Below, in pieces: positions 52,401-64,000 of a stretch of 64,000 nucleotides of DNA. Position numbers and translations under genes: made by a program. The notes under the pieces were generated by a model. The model had not been told where the DNA came from. It did not search any database and saw only the letters and a list, made by a program, of their open reading frames with translations. This stretch comes from Ministeria vibrans ATCC 50519. Taxonomy: Eukaryota; Protista; Filasterea. Location of the stretch: the NCBI GenBank assembly GCA_943704425.1, contig CALSCP010001329.1:1-64000 (forward strand), written 5' to 3'. Numbering within the stretch: the first letter of the stretch is position 1; the number at the start of each line of letters is the position of its first letter.

Positions 52401-53828
52401 AAAATCGTACGCATAGCCACTGACACACTGACGCACTGAAAACGCACACTCTTTCTTCTTGCTCGTGTAGCTTTTCTGTTGAACAGCGTGTGGGACAGGC
52501 GTTTGTCGAGCTGGATGTGCGCGAAGTGACGCGGCAGCTGACACTGACTGACTTTGAAATGTACTCCAAGATTGATCCCACCGAGTACATCTACCACATC
52601 TTCAAAAAGGGCGACGGTTCGCGCTCCGTCAACCTCACTGCCTTTTCCAACCGCTTCAACGAGGTACATCATTGTTTCTCCCTTTCTCAATCACGTTGTT
52701 TCTTTTTTCACTCTTCTTTACCTCTTCTCTACCTCTCTCTACCTCTCTCTATCTCTCTCTACCTCTCTCTACCTCTTCTCTACCTCCCTCCCACGCACAA
52801 CACAGATACATACACGCTAACTATATTAATTTTATTATTAGATTATGTATTGGGTTGCGACTGAGATCCTTGTGTGCTCGTCGATGCAGAAGCGCGCGCT
52901 GACCATCAAGCGCTTCATCAAGCTCGCTATCTGCCTGCGCACTGTCAACAACTTCAATGCTCTCTTTGCTATTCTCAGTGGTCTTGCTAATGTCGCTGTC
53001 AGTCGTTTGAAGCTCACATGGGAGGTAATACCGTACAAATCTTTGTTGTTCCTGTTTTTCATCTTTTCTCACTCTCTCCATCTTATGGTTTCTCACTTTC
53101 TCACTCACTCACTTGCTTTCCTTCTCTCTATCACTTTGTTTCTTTCTTCTCTCTTTCTATCACTTTGTTTCTTTCTCCTCCCTCTCCCTCTCCCTCTCTC
53201 TCTCTCCAGCGCGTTCCTGCCAAGTACGCAGGGAAACTGGAGGAACTTCAATCGGGCATGGATCCGTCGCGCAATATGCGCAACTACCGTATGATGTTTA
53301 GTGCGGCCGAGCCTCCTATGATTCCATTCTTCCGTAATGCTGAAACATCCCATCTTACTCATTTCACTCTCGACTGGTCCTGACCCACCACTATCCTACA
53401 ACTTCTTTTCAGCGGTTCTCATGAAAGACTTGACGTTTATCCACGAGGGCAACAAGAGCAAGCAGGAAGGGCTGGTGAACTACGACAAGCTGCGGATGAT
53501 TGCCAAATCCGTTGACCAGGCAACGAAGGCGCAGCAAACGCCGTACCGTCGCGAACAGTTGCTCATCGAGGAGGAGAATGGTACCATTGGAGCTCTTCTG
53601 GGCGGAAAGTCCTTCCGGAATACATTGCGAGCAGGTCGACAGAAGCGGGTGCCACCAGAGATGGGCGAGGTAATGCAGTTTACTCTCGCTCTTTTGTGCA
53701 TCGCCTAATCATCTACGTAGGAGGCAAAGCGAGTACGCAAATCGCTTGCCGCATTGCACGTTCTTGACGACCAGCGCATGTTGGGGCGGCTGTCGCGCGA
53801 CGCCGAACCTCCTGCGTCGTCTCATTGA
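48499..53828 (+). CDS. Epac/RAPGEF4-like cNMP-regulated RapGEF (2 x CNB, REM, RA, CDC25)
   Basis: [29 protein letters not shown]; [29 protein letters not shown]; [19 protein letters not shown]; [42 protein letters not shown]. Confidence 0.88.
49322..49491. repeat. (GT)n intronic microsatellite
   Basis: Directly visible. Confidence 0.95.
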
Positions 53829-53968
53829 CGGCCATTCTCGATTAATTTAAATACCACGCTTCTTCTTCGCAATGAAAGTATACCCATCCCAATGCACAGA
53901 GAGACGCTCCCCACCGGATTTGAGAAAGAAAAAGAAGAAAAAAGAGTGCAATAGAACAATCAGGTCAA

Positions 53969-54767
53969 TCAGATGTCGAGAAGAAGACGACGGGGATCAG
54001 AGACTGCGTCGCAGATGGCCTTGAGAGCAGTAACAGCCTCACGTCCATCGATGATGCGATGGTCGTACGTGAGCGCGACGTACATCATCGGACGGATCTC
54101 AACCTACACACACATTCATATACAAGGGGGTGTTGTGTGAGAGTTGGTTAATTGATTCGTTTATGACACTCTACCTTTCCGTTGATGGCGACGGGACGTT
54201 CCTTGATGCCGTGCATGCCGAGAATGGCCGACTGGGGCGGGTTGAGGATAGGCGTGCCCATGAGCGAGCCGTAGACACCACCGTTGGAAATGCTAAAGGT
54301 GCCACCGCTCATGTCTTCCAGAGCCAGTTTGCCTGCGCGAGCCTGTCCAAATTGTGTGTATGTGAAGTGTGAGACAATGAGGAAACACAACGGTGCTTCA
54401 ACAACGTTTTTACCTTCTCGCCCATTGCGGCAATACCCTTCTCGACGTCGGCAAAGGACATGTCCTGGCAGTTGCGCAGCACTGGCACGACGAGTCCCTT
54501 GGGCGTCGCCACCGCCACACTCACGTCAATGTAGTCACGGTACACAATCTCATCGCCGTCAATCACTAGGCAGCAACAACACGTGAATACAAAACAACAG
54601 GCTTCAAGAAACATGAGTCTTACCAGCGTTGACAGCAGGGACCTGCTGAAGGGCAGCCACGCTTGCCTTGACAAATGCAGACATGAAGCCAAACTTGATG
54701 CCGTGCTTCTTCTCGAACGTTGCCTTGTGCTCGTTTCGCATGGCCATCAGTCCACTAAGAAAGAAAT

Positions 54768-54807
<40 letters not shown>

Positions 54808-56065
54808 GGAAGAAAGAAACAAAGTGATGGAGAGGGAGAGAAGAGAAGAGAAGAGAAAAGAAGAGAAGAGAAGAGAAGAGAAAGAAACACAGTGATAGGG
54901 AGAGATAAAGAGAGAGGAGAAAGAAACACAGTGATAGAGAAGAGAGAGAAGAGAAATAAAGTGATAGAGGGAGAGGAGAAAGAAACAAAAAAAAACAAAG
55001 TGATAGAGAGAGAAAGAAGGGAGAAAGAGACAATGGGAGAGTATTGTGAGTGGTGCAATTTGGATCAGTTGCATTGTACCTCATGTCGACTTCGTTGAAG
55101 GTCGTGAGCATTGCTGCCGTGTTTTGTGCGTCCTTGAGACGCTCGGCGATGCGCAGACGCATACGAGTCATTTTGACCCGCGTCTCCGAGCGCACGCCGC
55201 TACTTGCAGCCGGGGCAGAAGGAGCAGCAGCAGCCGCCGCCGCAGCAGCAGCAGCGGGTGCAGCTGCAACCTTGGGTGCTTTCGCCTGTTGAGGCGCCTC
55301 GGGTGCCTTTGCAGGCGTTTGGGGTGCATCAGCCTCTGGTGCGGCAGCGGGGGTCTCGACCTTTGGTGGTGGTGTGGATGCAGTGACTTCACCGAGCTCG
55401 AGTTTGAAGAGCGGCTTGCCGACGGTCGCGCGCTCACCCTCGGGCACACAGTGCTCGACAATGGTCCCACTCTTGGGCGAGTTGACGTCGATGTTCACCT
55501 TGTCCGTCTCGATGGAGCACACAGGCTCGTCGCTCTGAACCTGGTCGCCGACGCCTGCCAGCAACCATTCGGGTTAGAGTGTAGCAAAGAGGAGAGAGCG
55601 CAAAAAAAAAAAAAAAAAAAAGACAAAGGAAAGAACGAACCTTTCATCCAATCGGCAACAATACCGTCTGAGATGGAATCAGCGAGGGTGGGGCACATGA
55701 TGGTCTCAATGTCAGCCCCTACGCGTAAGTGAAAGTGTGAGGAGAGCGCAGTGGACTGTTTGAGAGAGAGAATTGGGAATAATTTGCATGAGGAGATGTG
55801 CTCAGAGACAAAAGTTGGCTGTGCTCTCGCAACAGAGCGAAATACAGCAAACGGGCGGGTAGACGCAACATATGCACATGTAAGGGACGTACACACGGCA
55901 GCGGAGGAGCGGAAGTTGCGAATGTCAAACAGTCTAGACGAAAGAGAAGGAATGATCAAAAGACGAGCAGTGACACGCCTCCTCTTACCTGGGGCGCAGG
56001 GCCGCCTTAGCCAGCGACGGCGACTTGAGAGTGCGTGCCAAAAAGCCAGCAGATCGACTTAACAT
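53969..56065 (-). CDS. DLST: Dihydrolipoamide succinyltransferase (OGDH E2)
   Basis: Lipoyl IETDKV; [30 protein letters not shown]; [32 protein letters not shown]; [14 protein letters not shown]. Confidence 0.97.
54770..55030. repeat. Intronic purine-rich array with GAAACAAAGTGATAGA units
   Basis: Directly visible in a DLST intron. Confidence 0.9.
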
Positions 56066-56154
56066 GATAGGAGAAGAAGAAAATTTAACAATAATGAATA
56101 AAGTGTAATGAGTCGGTATGAGTGATCAATCATCAACAATTTATTTGTAGTACA

Positions 56155-58958
56155 ATGTCTGCTCTCACCGTTGTGGTATTGTGCGACACGGAGGAATTCG
56201 AAACAAGCGACCTGAGCATTTGCAAAGGTACGACTGATTGTGTCGTCCGTTTCGTTCGCTCACTGACACTCGACCTGTCTGTTGCTGCAGGAGTCCCGCA
56301 AGCCCTGCTGCCGGTTGCCAATGAGCCTTTATTATGGCACGTCCTGCGTGCCTTGGAAGTTGCTGGTTGCAAGCGTAAGCGGATTGGAGAGAGAGAGAGA
56401 GAAAAAAAAAAAGCGTGAAAATATTTTCAACTTTTGTCACTCCTCTCTCTTCTTTCTTTGAGCAGACGCCATTTTGACATGTGGCGCTCCTGACTTCAAG
56501 CGGATCGGGGAGTACCTGAATCAAGAATGGCGCAACCGTGCGCTGTCGTGCGAGCTCGTCTCGGTGGACGAGACGGGCAGCACAGCGGACGCACTCCGGC
56601 ACGTCGCCAAGAAGATCACGGTAGCGCTCTTGTCGCTCTTGTCGCCGCTCAACCCGCCCCTCGCCCCTCCTCTTTGCCCCGTAGTCTGACTTTATGGTGC
56701 TTCCGTGTGACCTGGTATCAACCGCGTCGCTGCCGTATCTGCTTGCGCAGCATCGGGTGCGCGACGCCTCACTCACGCTCCTTCTGGTACGCCCACCCCA
56801 CCCCTCAACGTGCTGCAACGACGATCGCTCCCTTTTGCATTCTCACACGAACCATGTGTTATTGTATTCGCACCGTAGGTACAGCAAGAAACAGCTCCGG
56901 AAAAGAAGAAGAAGCGAAGTGGTAAGGATACATAGGGTGTGTGTTTGTGGGCGAATGAGAAACAATGTGATCGAGAGAAAGAGAGAGAAAATAAGGACGT
57001 GCGCACGGAGGTGTACTCAAACTCACACTCACACTCACATTGCAAATGGGGGTTTTTTTTTGTTTTTGTAGAGACGGGTGACTTTATTGGTCTGGACGAC
57101 TCACGCACTCGACTGCTCTACCTGGGCAACGACGAAGATCCCTCAGAGCCCATCCGTCTCCCCAAAAATCTCATCAAAAGGTACAACAACAACAACAACA
57201 ACAACAACAACAGCAACAGCAAAACAACTATATTCAGAACGAATCATTAACTTCTCCGTGTGTCTGTGTATCTGTTTGGTTTGTAGGTTTCCGCGAATAC
57301 ACTTTACGACGAATCTGGACGATGCACACTGCTACATATTCCAACGATGGATCATTGATTTTCTGCTTGCGCGCGATGACATTACCAGTGTGCGTGTAAG
57401 TCAGACACAACGAGGAGAGAGAAAGAGAGAGAGGGAGAGAGGAGAGAGGTTGTGTGTGTGTGCGTCTGTGCGTATATGTCTGTTATTTAGTGTGTCTCAA
57501 TGTGTATGTAGTATGAGCTTGTGCCGTATCTGGTGAAGAAGCAGTTTTCCTCGCGTGCGCGTCTGTGTGTGAAGCAGACGGGTTGTGTCTGTGCGGTGAC
57601 GGGCAGCGGGGCAGACAGTGCGAGCGGAAGTCCCACTCCATCGACTACGAACACTGTGGGGAGTGCAGAAGGGGGTACTACGGCTCCACTTGCTGCAACT
57701 ACTACTACATCTACTACTATTGCGACCACTACTTTGAGTGGTGGTGGGGTGGCGTTGGGTGGGAGCAGTGGGAGTGGAAGTGCGATGGCGAGTGTTGATG
57801 ATGCAGGTGATGCAGGTGCGTCGGAGGGCGATACTGCGCACGAAGGGAAGCGATACCGTGCAGGTGAGAGCACTTTCACACGCAAAAAGATGTCATTATA
57901 ATAATAATTTTTCTTTTTCCTTTTTTTTTAAAGATGTGTTCAAGTTTGTTGAGGCAGACCATTTGATGGAGTGTGCGAAGAACATGTCGACAACTTCACG
58001 ACTGGCGGACGATGCCATTGTGTGCCAGGTGGGCTAACTCACTCAGGCCCACCTACCCACTCACTCATTTTTCATTGTGCTTAGGCGGTCACAGTGTCCA
58101 CTGGTGATATCTATTGTGCGCGTGTGATCAACGTCCAAGCTTACCTCGAAGCCAATCGCAATGTTCGAACATTCAAAGCGTGCCAAAAGCCATCAACTCA
58201 CACTCCCCTCCTTTTTTTTTTTCTCTCGCACCGTCAGAGTCCCGCCTTCAAAGCGTTCTTTGCCGACAAAGCCATGAAGCTGAGTCGCCCCCCAAGCGAC
58301 ACTTCCACGCCCACCAGCACTAGCAACAGCAGCAGCAACAACACTCCCGCGCCCGGCACTACCGCCCAGCCGCCACCTCTCAATTCGAGTGCGACATCGA
58401 GCGAGAAGCAGCGCTTTGGTGCACTGTCGCTTAAAGACAAAAAGCGTATTTTGGGTCTGGGCAGTACGTGTGCCGAGTCCGTGCTGGTGGGTGACCGCTC
58501 GTCTATTAAACACTCGCACGTGGGCGAAAACTGTGTTATTGGCGACGGGTATGTATCGCAAAGCGGACTGTGCCTGCCCACTCGCTTGCTCGTATTCATT
58601 TTGAATGTTCTGTCTGTAGTGTCACCATCTCCAACTCAGTGATTATGGCGGGCGTAACCATTGGAAACAAGTACACCATTACAGCTCCCCTCTCACAATA
58701 TCACTCACATTTGTGTTATGCTTTTGTTGCAGGTGTACGATTGAGTCGTCGCTCGTGTGCAATGGAGCGACAGTAGGTGAACGCACGACACTCAAGGTAC
58801 GACAGGCTCGCACGCCTCATGCGCCCCCTTGATACTTACGCTCTGTCCACTGTCTGCCTCGTTAGCAATGCCAAGTGCAGTCAGAATATGCGGTGGAGGA
58901 AGACACACGTGCCAAGGGAGACCGTCTTGAGGACTTTGATCTGGATGACGGCGAATGA
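56155..58958 (+). CDS. EIF2B3: Translation initiation factor eIF2B gamma subunit
   Basis: PQALLPVANEPL, GSTADALR, VLPCDLV, LDDAHCYIF..WIIDFL, ELVPYLVKKQF, AYLEANR, C-terminal left-handed beta-helix. Confidence 0.88.
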
Positions 58959-59138
58959 ACGCAACACGCACACCCACACTTACAGACAACATAGGCCACG
59001 CAGAAGGTCACAGAGAGAAGGCACACATTCGTATTATACAAAGAAGAGGGGAAAAGGAAACGAAAGAGAAAATAGATGGAGAGAGAGAGAGAGAGAGAAA
59101 AAAAAACAAAGTGATAGAGAGAGAAAGAGAGACGGAGA

Positions 59139-60459
59139 CTAGAAGGAGTCATAGCCAGCAATGCGACGAAACTGCTCAAAGGAGAGCCAAAATGTGAGTG
59201 ACCAGGGGGCCATACGGGCCCAGTTGAGCGTAGCGCCCTTCCACAGCGAGATCAGTCCTTCGTTGCGTGCGGCCGTCACCAGCACGTCCATTGTCGACCG
59301 GTACATCGTTCCTCTGGTGTTGATAAAGACGCACATCGGCATAAGTAATCTCTCTTATAAAACGTTGTTTCTTTCTCCCTCCTCTCTCGTTACCGTCCAT
59401 TCGCGTCGAATTTCTGGTTCATGTAGCGGGTCTTGGCAAGGTCAGCGGGAGTCGACACGGTGGCTGCAACAAGACCTATATAAATGAAAGTAAGGAAGAG
59501 AGCCGTGAGAATTCGGTATGGGCTGGAGGAGGGGATGGCGTACCAGCGCAACCGCTGGAGAGTGCGTGGACAATGGGACCGTCCTGGAGACCCACATTGA
59601 GGATGATCGAGCGCTTGGCCGTGTCATACGTGGCAAGTTCGCCCAGGTTCACTAGTGCTGCACGCTGCACATTGGGTACCCAACCACGCCAAAGAGCACG
59701 AATGCCACCAGTGGACACAATGGAGCAGAGTGCGTCCCAAGTGCCCTTGTGCCGTCGAGGCAAACCTTGCAACACACGCCGTCCCTCAATCTGCAGTTGC
59801 ACCTTGATCAAGTCCATAGGCGACGCAATAAATTGGCTGACTGCACCCGAGGTCATGCCACACACCGCCTTGAGATAGAGCGGGAAAGAATCTTTGCTCT
59901 CGCTTGTGCCATCCGCATTGGTCAACAATGAGTCTCGCATCCACTCGTACATAGCCATACGCGTCCCTGTATAGACTATATGGCGCATCACAGCAGGTGC
60001 AACACCATCCCACAAGGCAAAGACGCCCTCTTGTCGAACGGTGTCCGCTACACGAGCGAAAAGAAATCATGACAGAATTCAAAAAGACAAAAAAACACAC
60101 ACACAAATGCAAAACTCCGCTTGTCTGACCTGCCGTGCGAAATATACCCCGCACTTTGGCGTCACCGTGCGCTTTCTCTCCCTGTATTTGCATCCGTGTC
60201 TTGGTCAGATCGATTGGAAAGGTGACTATGCAAGAAAGTTCACGAAAGGAAAGAAAAAAAAACGACGGCCGTAAGAAACCAATGGGATGCTGATGGTGAC
60301 GACTGCGGTGCGACTGAACGTGTCGCGCGACAGAACATGCACCAGGAGCGGGCCCGTACCGCACTCGGCAATCGACGCGCTGGTCGCACTCAGGATGTAT
60401 TTGGCAAAGAAGGTGCCGCGTCTCTCTCCTGCCGTAGGCGGCGTCTTGTCCGTCGCCAT
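59139..60459 (-). CDS. Mitochondrial carrier, UCP4 (SLC25A27)-like
   Basis: TFPIDLTKTRMQIQGE, ASPMDLIKVQLQIEGRR, GWVPNVQRAALVNLGELATYD, WARMAPWSLTFWLSFEQ. Confidence 0.9.
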
Positions 60460-60706
60460 CACTGCGGTTGGTGTCCACGCAGTGCTTCAACAAGAGAGAG
60501 ATGAGAAACAGCTTGGATTATTAAAAATATCTGCATCATTAGTATTTATTAATTATTATTCAGTGCTTGGTCAACAACACAAGACGTATTGTTGACAGAC
60601 GTATCGTTGACATAATTATTTTTCGTTGTGCACAATTTTTTTTAAAGAATTTGTAATGTACAATTGTGACTTGCCAGTCGAGCAGTCAGGTTCTGGAGGA
60701 CGTAAA

Positions 60707-61140
60707 TTAAGAAGAGACGGGCCCCGTGACAAACACGACAACGACGGTGATGTTGTCAGTGGAGCCCTGGGCAAGGCTCTCCAGCAGCAGCGCATCGCTC
60801 GCCGCCTGCGCGTCGCCCTGGTGCTTCAGTGCAATGGTCACTGCCTGCTCGTCACTCAACACATCCCATACACCATCGCACGCCAAAATCAAACAACTCC
60901 CAGCCTCGTCGAGCTCCGTCTCCGATGTGAACGGTGTGCTCGTCACAAAATCCTTCATGGCACAGTCGCCCAGACTGCGCGCGACTGCAAGCATCCCATT
61001 GACTCGCCCGCCAATCACAAAGCCCCCTTTGTCCTTGATCCGCTGCATTTCTGCCTCATCATTCGCCTTGTGGTCGTGGGTCAGTCGCGACACTGTGCTC
61101 CCTTGCCTGCAACAAATACCCCACATATCAAAATTGGACT

Positions 61141-61180
<40 letters not shown>

Positions 61181-61189
61181 AATTATATA

Positions 61190-61228
<39 letters not shown>

Positions 61229-62397
61229 TACACACACACGCACATACCCATACACACACACGCATGCACACGCACACATACACACTCACTCACTCCCTTC
61301 TCTCGCTCTACTGCATACCCTAAAACAATCCGTGCGTCGCCTGCATTGGCACAATAAGCAATGCGCTAAAAATACAACAATCAGAGACGTAAGGCGCGCG
61401 GCTACTCCATCACAGTACCTTGCGACAGCCCTGTCGTGTCTCCTCGCGCACCAGACACGAAATGGCCGTGGCGCCCGAGAAGAGCACGTCCGCATTGCGC
61501 AGCGACTCATCCGTGTCCTCAAAAGACTTGGCAAGTGCCTCGCACACTGGCAAGGTGGGTGACTCCCCAATTATTCGAGCAACAGTCTGTTGAGACGCAC
61601 AAAATAAGAATCGAGAAGAAGAATCAGAAACATTAGAAAAAAACAAAAACAAAAACAAAAAGCGGCGCGTAAGGGAAGAGAGATGGAGCTTGAAGGTAAG
61701 AGAGAGTGGTAGGACAGACTGGGTTGTCGGCGCGACATGGGCTTGCGTGCAGGCGGTTGCTAGTGGCCTATTTGGGCCTTGCAAGCGAGCAAGCCATGGC
61801 GGAAGGGTCGACCAACGCCCCAAATGCGGGGAAGGAGCACTCGGCACGGCAGACGCGCCGCACGAGCACACAGAGGGTCGCAGAAAATGGCAGTGGGCCT
61901 GCCCGGCCGCGCATATTTGGACCGGCGCACTGTGCAAGAGGACACAACGGGACAGACGGACGAGAGTGCAACCAGAGGAGACGAAAAAAAAAAGAGAAAA
62001 AAAGAAAAGAAGATATAACAAGAAAAGGCAAACTAGGTTGGAGAAGAGGCGAAGGGGCAGCAGCAGCAGAGATGGAGGGGGACGACGCACCTGAGGGAGA
62101 ATGGTCCCCAGCAGCTCAGCGGCCTCTTTGCCGGCATGGCCGTCCAGCACGGTGAAGAAGCCCTGGCGCACGCCCGAGAAGTGTGTGTCGACGACATGGA
62201 CATCCTACGCGGCGGCGGTGGTGTTTACGCCAAGTGTTATTATTCAAGCAGGGGACAAACTGGGTCTGCAATCTGACACCTTGTCCTCTTTCTCTTCCAC
62301 CTCGTACCTCCATTGATCTTCGAAACCGTGCGTTTCGATCACTAGAGCATCCTACGGCAAACTCCATCCCACCCGTGCAAAGGAGGTCACTGGTCAC
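60707..62397 (-). CDS. PP2C/PPM phosphatase, Ptc1-like (5' end uncertain)
   Basis: RRSMEDAH, DGHAG, SGATA, ANAGDAR, RLTHDHK, GRVNGMLAVARSLGD, LILACDGVWDV, GSTDNITV. Confidence 0.9.
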
Positions 62398-62809
62398 TGA
62401 AATATATATAAAAATATGATAATTATTATTATGATTATCGAATGATTGATAATTCGAGTCATCCGTCGGTCGTCACCGTCGTCATCAGAGTCATCAAAGG
62501 GTCCGAGTCCGGCCTGATTCCTCGCCAGTCTCCAATATAGGTCATAGCAGAAGAACCTAGTTCAGGTGTTAGGGCTACCTTCGTGAGGTGGCTCAATTTC
62601 TATCAAATAAATGTATATCTTTGAACTTTGAATGTTCAGTTTTAAAGTGCATTTTTTAAAGAACTCACCTGTGGTCTCCTGGCCAATGGATAACGTCGAC
62701 GACTCGACACAATGCGATATCCTACCAGCGTGCAACGTGCTCTCGACGCCAGCGGCCTCCCCGCAAGCTATCGGCGAATCCCTCGCGACAATTCTTCAGG
62801 CGCTCTCGG

Positions 62810-63739
62810 ATGGTACGCAATCCTGTCGATCTGCAGCGCGCGCCTCCTTCTGAGCGCATCCTTGGCGTAGACGAAACCAGTGCACAGGCGTTCTCGATAC
62901 TGCGCAGCGAGCTGATGGCCTCGTCGTTCTTCATTCGCTTTCTCACGTCGGAACACGACAGCATTGTCGAGGGTGCCTCGGCGATCATGGCGCATCTGTC
63001 GGGCAGCGGCGCCGCCGGCAAGCGATCGCGCACCTTTGTCGTGGCCCCGTCCATTCCAAAGGTGCGCATCTTCGAGATGGAGTTCGCCTCGGCCGACGTG
63101 GGCTGGAGTGTGTGGCCAAGCGCCGTCACCATGCTCAAGCTCATGCAGACGCGCCAGCACCAACTGGACGTGCGCGATGCTCGTGTTCTTGAACTGGGCT
63201 GTGGCTGTGGACTCCCAGGCATCAGTGCCGCCTTGTTAGGTGCGAAAAGTGTGCTGCTGACGGACCACAACGAAGCGGTGTTGCGCACAGTGCGCGAGAG
63301 TGTCGCCGCCAACGACACCGCGGCTGAGCGCTGCGACGTGCGCCCACTCGATTGGTCAACCGTAGTGCTCGCGGATGAGCCTATTACACTCCATTGGAAA
63401 GACGGTGTTGACGCGCCCGCCGACATTGTGCTGGCGTCAGACTGCATCTACGACGAAGGACAAGTCCAACTCGTCTGCAAAGTAAGCAAAATCATATTAT
63501 ATTCCACCACGATCATCCAAATTAGATGTTCACAATCCGCCACCAAACAGACACTACAAAGTCACGTGCGTCGCGGGGGATTGGCGGCGATTGTGTGCGG
63601 GGAGCGGGCGGGGCGGGTAGGCACCACAGAGGTTCTGGAGAAACTGTGCTCTAGTGAGGGTGCGCCTGCGCGTCCTGTGCGGGTGCTGTGCGCTGCGCAG
63701 GACCATCGCGAGAGCATCTTTGTTGTGCGTCTCGATTGA
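62810..63739 (+). CDS. Family-16 (METTL21/23-like) protein lysine methyltransferase (start uncertain)
   Basis: DVGWSVWPSA, VLELGCGCGLPG, VLLTD, LDW, DIVLASDCIY. Confidence 0.85.
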   Translation: MVRNPVDLQRAPPSERILGVDETSAQAFSILRSELMASSFFIRFLTSEHDSIVEGASAIMAHLSGSGAAGKRSRTFVVAPSIPKVRIFEMEFASADVGWSVWPSAVTMLKLMQTRQHQLDVRDARVLELGCGCGLPGISAALLGAKSVLLTDHNEAVLRTVRESVAANDTAAERCDVRPLDWSTVVLADEPITLHWKDGVDAPADIVLASDCIYDEGQVQLVCKVSKIILYSTTIIQIRCSQSATKQTLQSHVRRGGLAAIVCGERAGRVGTTEVLEKLCSSEGAPARPVRVLCAAQDHRESIFVVRLD

Positions 63740-63859
63740 CATCACTTCAGCAGCAGTGAGAAGAAGATACACACACAATAAAAACAAAAAGTAGAAAAAA
63801 AGAAAGTGGTGGTACATTTTGATAAAAAAAATATACAGGGTGTGAAAGAGAAGCACTCA

Positions 63860-63906
63860 CTAACGTGTGTAGAAGAGCAGGTAAGCATCGCGACCAGGTA
63901 CATGCG
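63860..63906 (-). CDS. Last exon of a probable ubiquitin-specific protease (gene extends beyond the right edge)
   Basis: After a TTTAG acceptor the exon reads xHVPGRDAYLLFYTR*, matching the USP C-terminal AYLLFY motif. Confidence 0.6.
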
Positions 63907-64000
63907 CTAAACAAAGAGATAGAAATAGAGAGAGGGGAGAAAAACGCACAGTAATAGAGAGAGATTGTTAGTATGGCATTCGAAGCTTAGTCGTGACGTA

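Overview
Gene-dense, intron-rich eukaryotic genomic DNA. It most likely comes from a unicellular opisthokont, probably a holozoan; this is inferred from an animal-type BARD1, an Epac-like RapGEF, Rab34/36 and a DBH/PHM-like monooxygenase. About 28 spliced protein-coding genes can be traced, mostly with short GT-AG introns, several head-to-head pairs with 70-190 bp spacers, microsatellite-filled introns and three assembly gaps. No rRNA, tRNA, CRISPR or transposase was seen. Main points of interest: (1) meiosis/chromosome-integrity genes (TEX11/ZIP4, ZW10, NCAPD3, BARD1, GCNA) lie within about 34 kb; (2) a dispersed intronic repeat (CTCTATCACTTTGTTTC) sits on the sense strand of nearly every host gene; (3) recurrent GTTCG 5' splice sites; (4) unusual domain inserts, namely an NZF finger in BARD1 and a TM hairpin inside the C2 domain of PSD2; (5) a hidden spliced 41-aa ORF and two orphan genes. 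Gene coordinates span first to last coding base including introns; exon boundaries were read by eye and some starts are uncertain.
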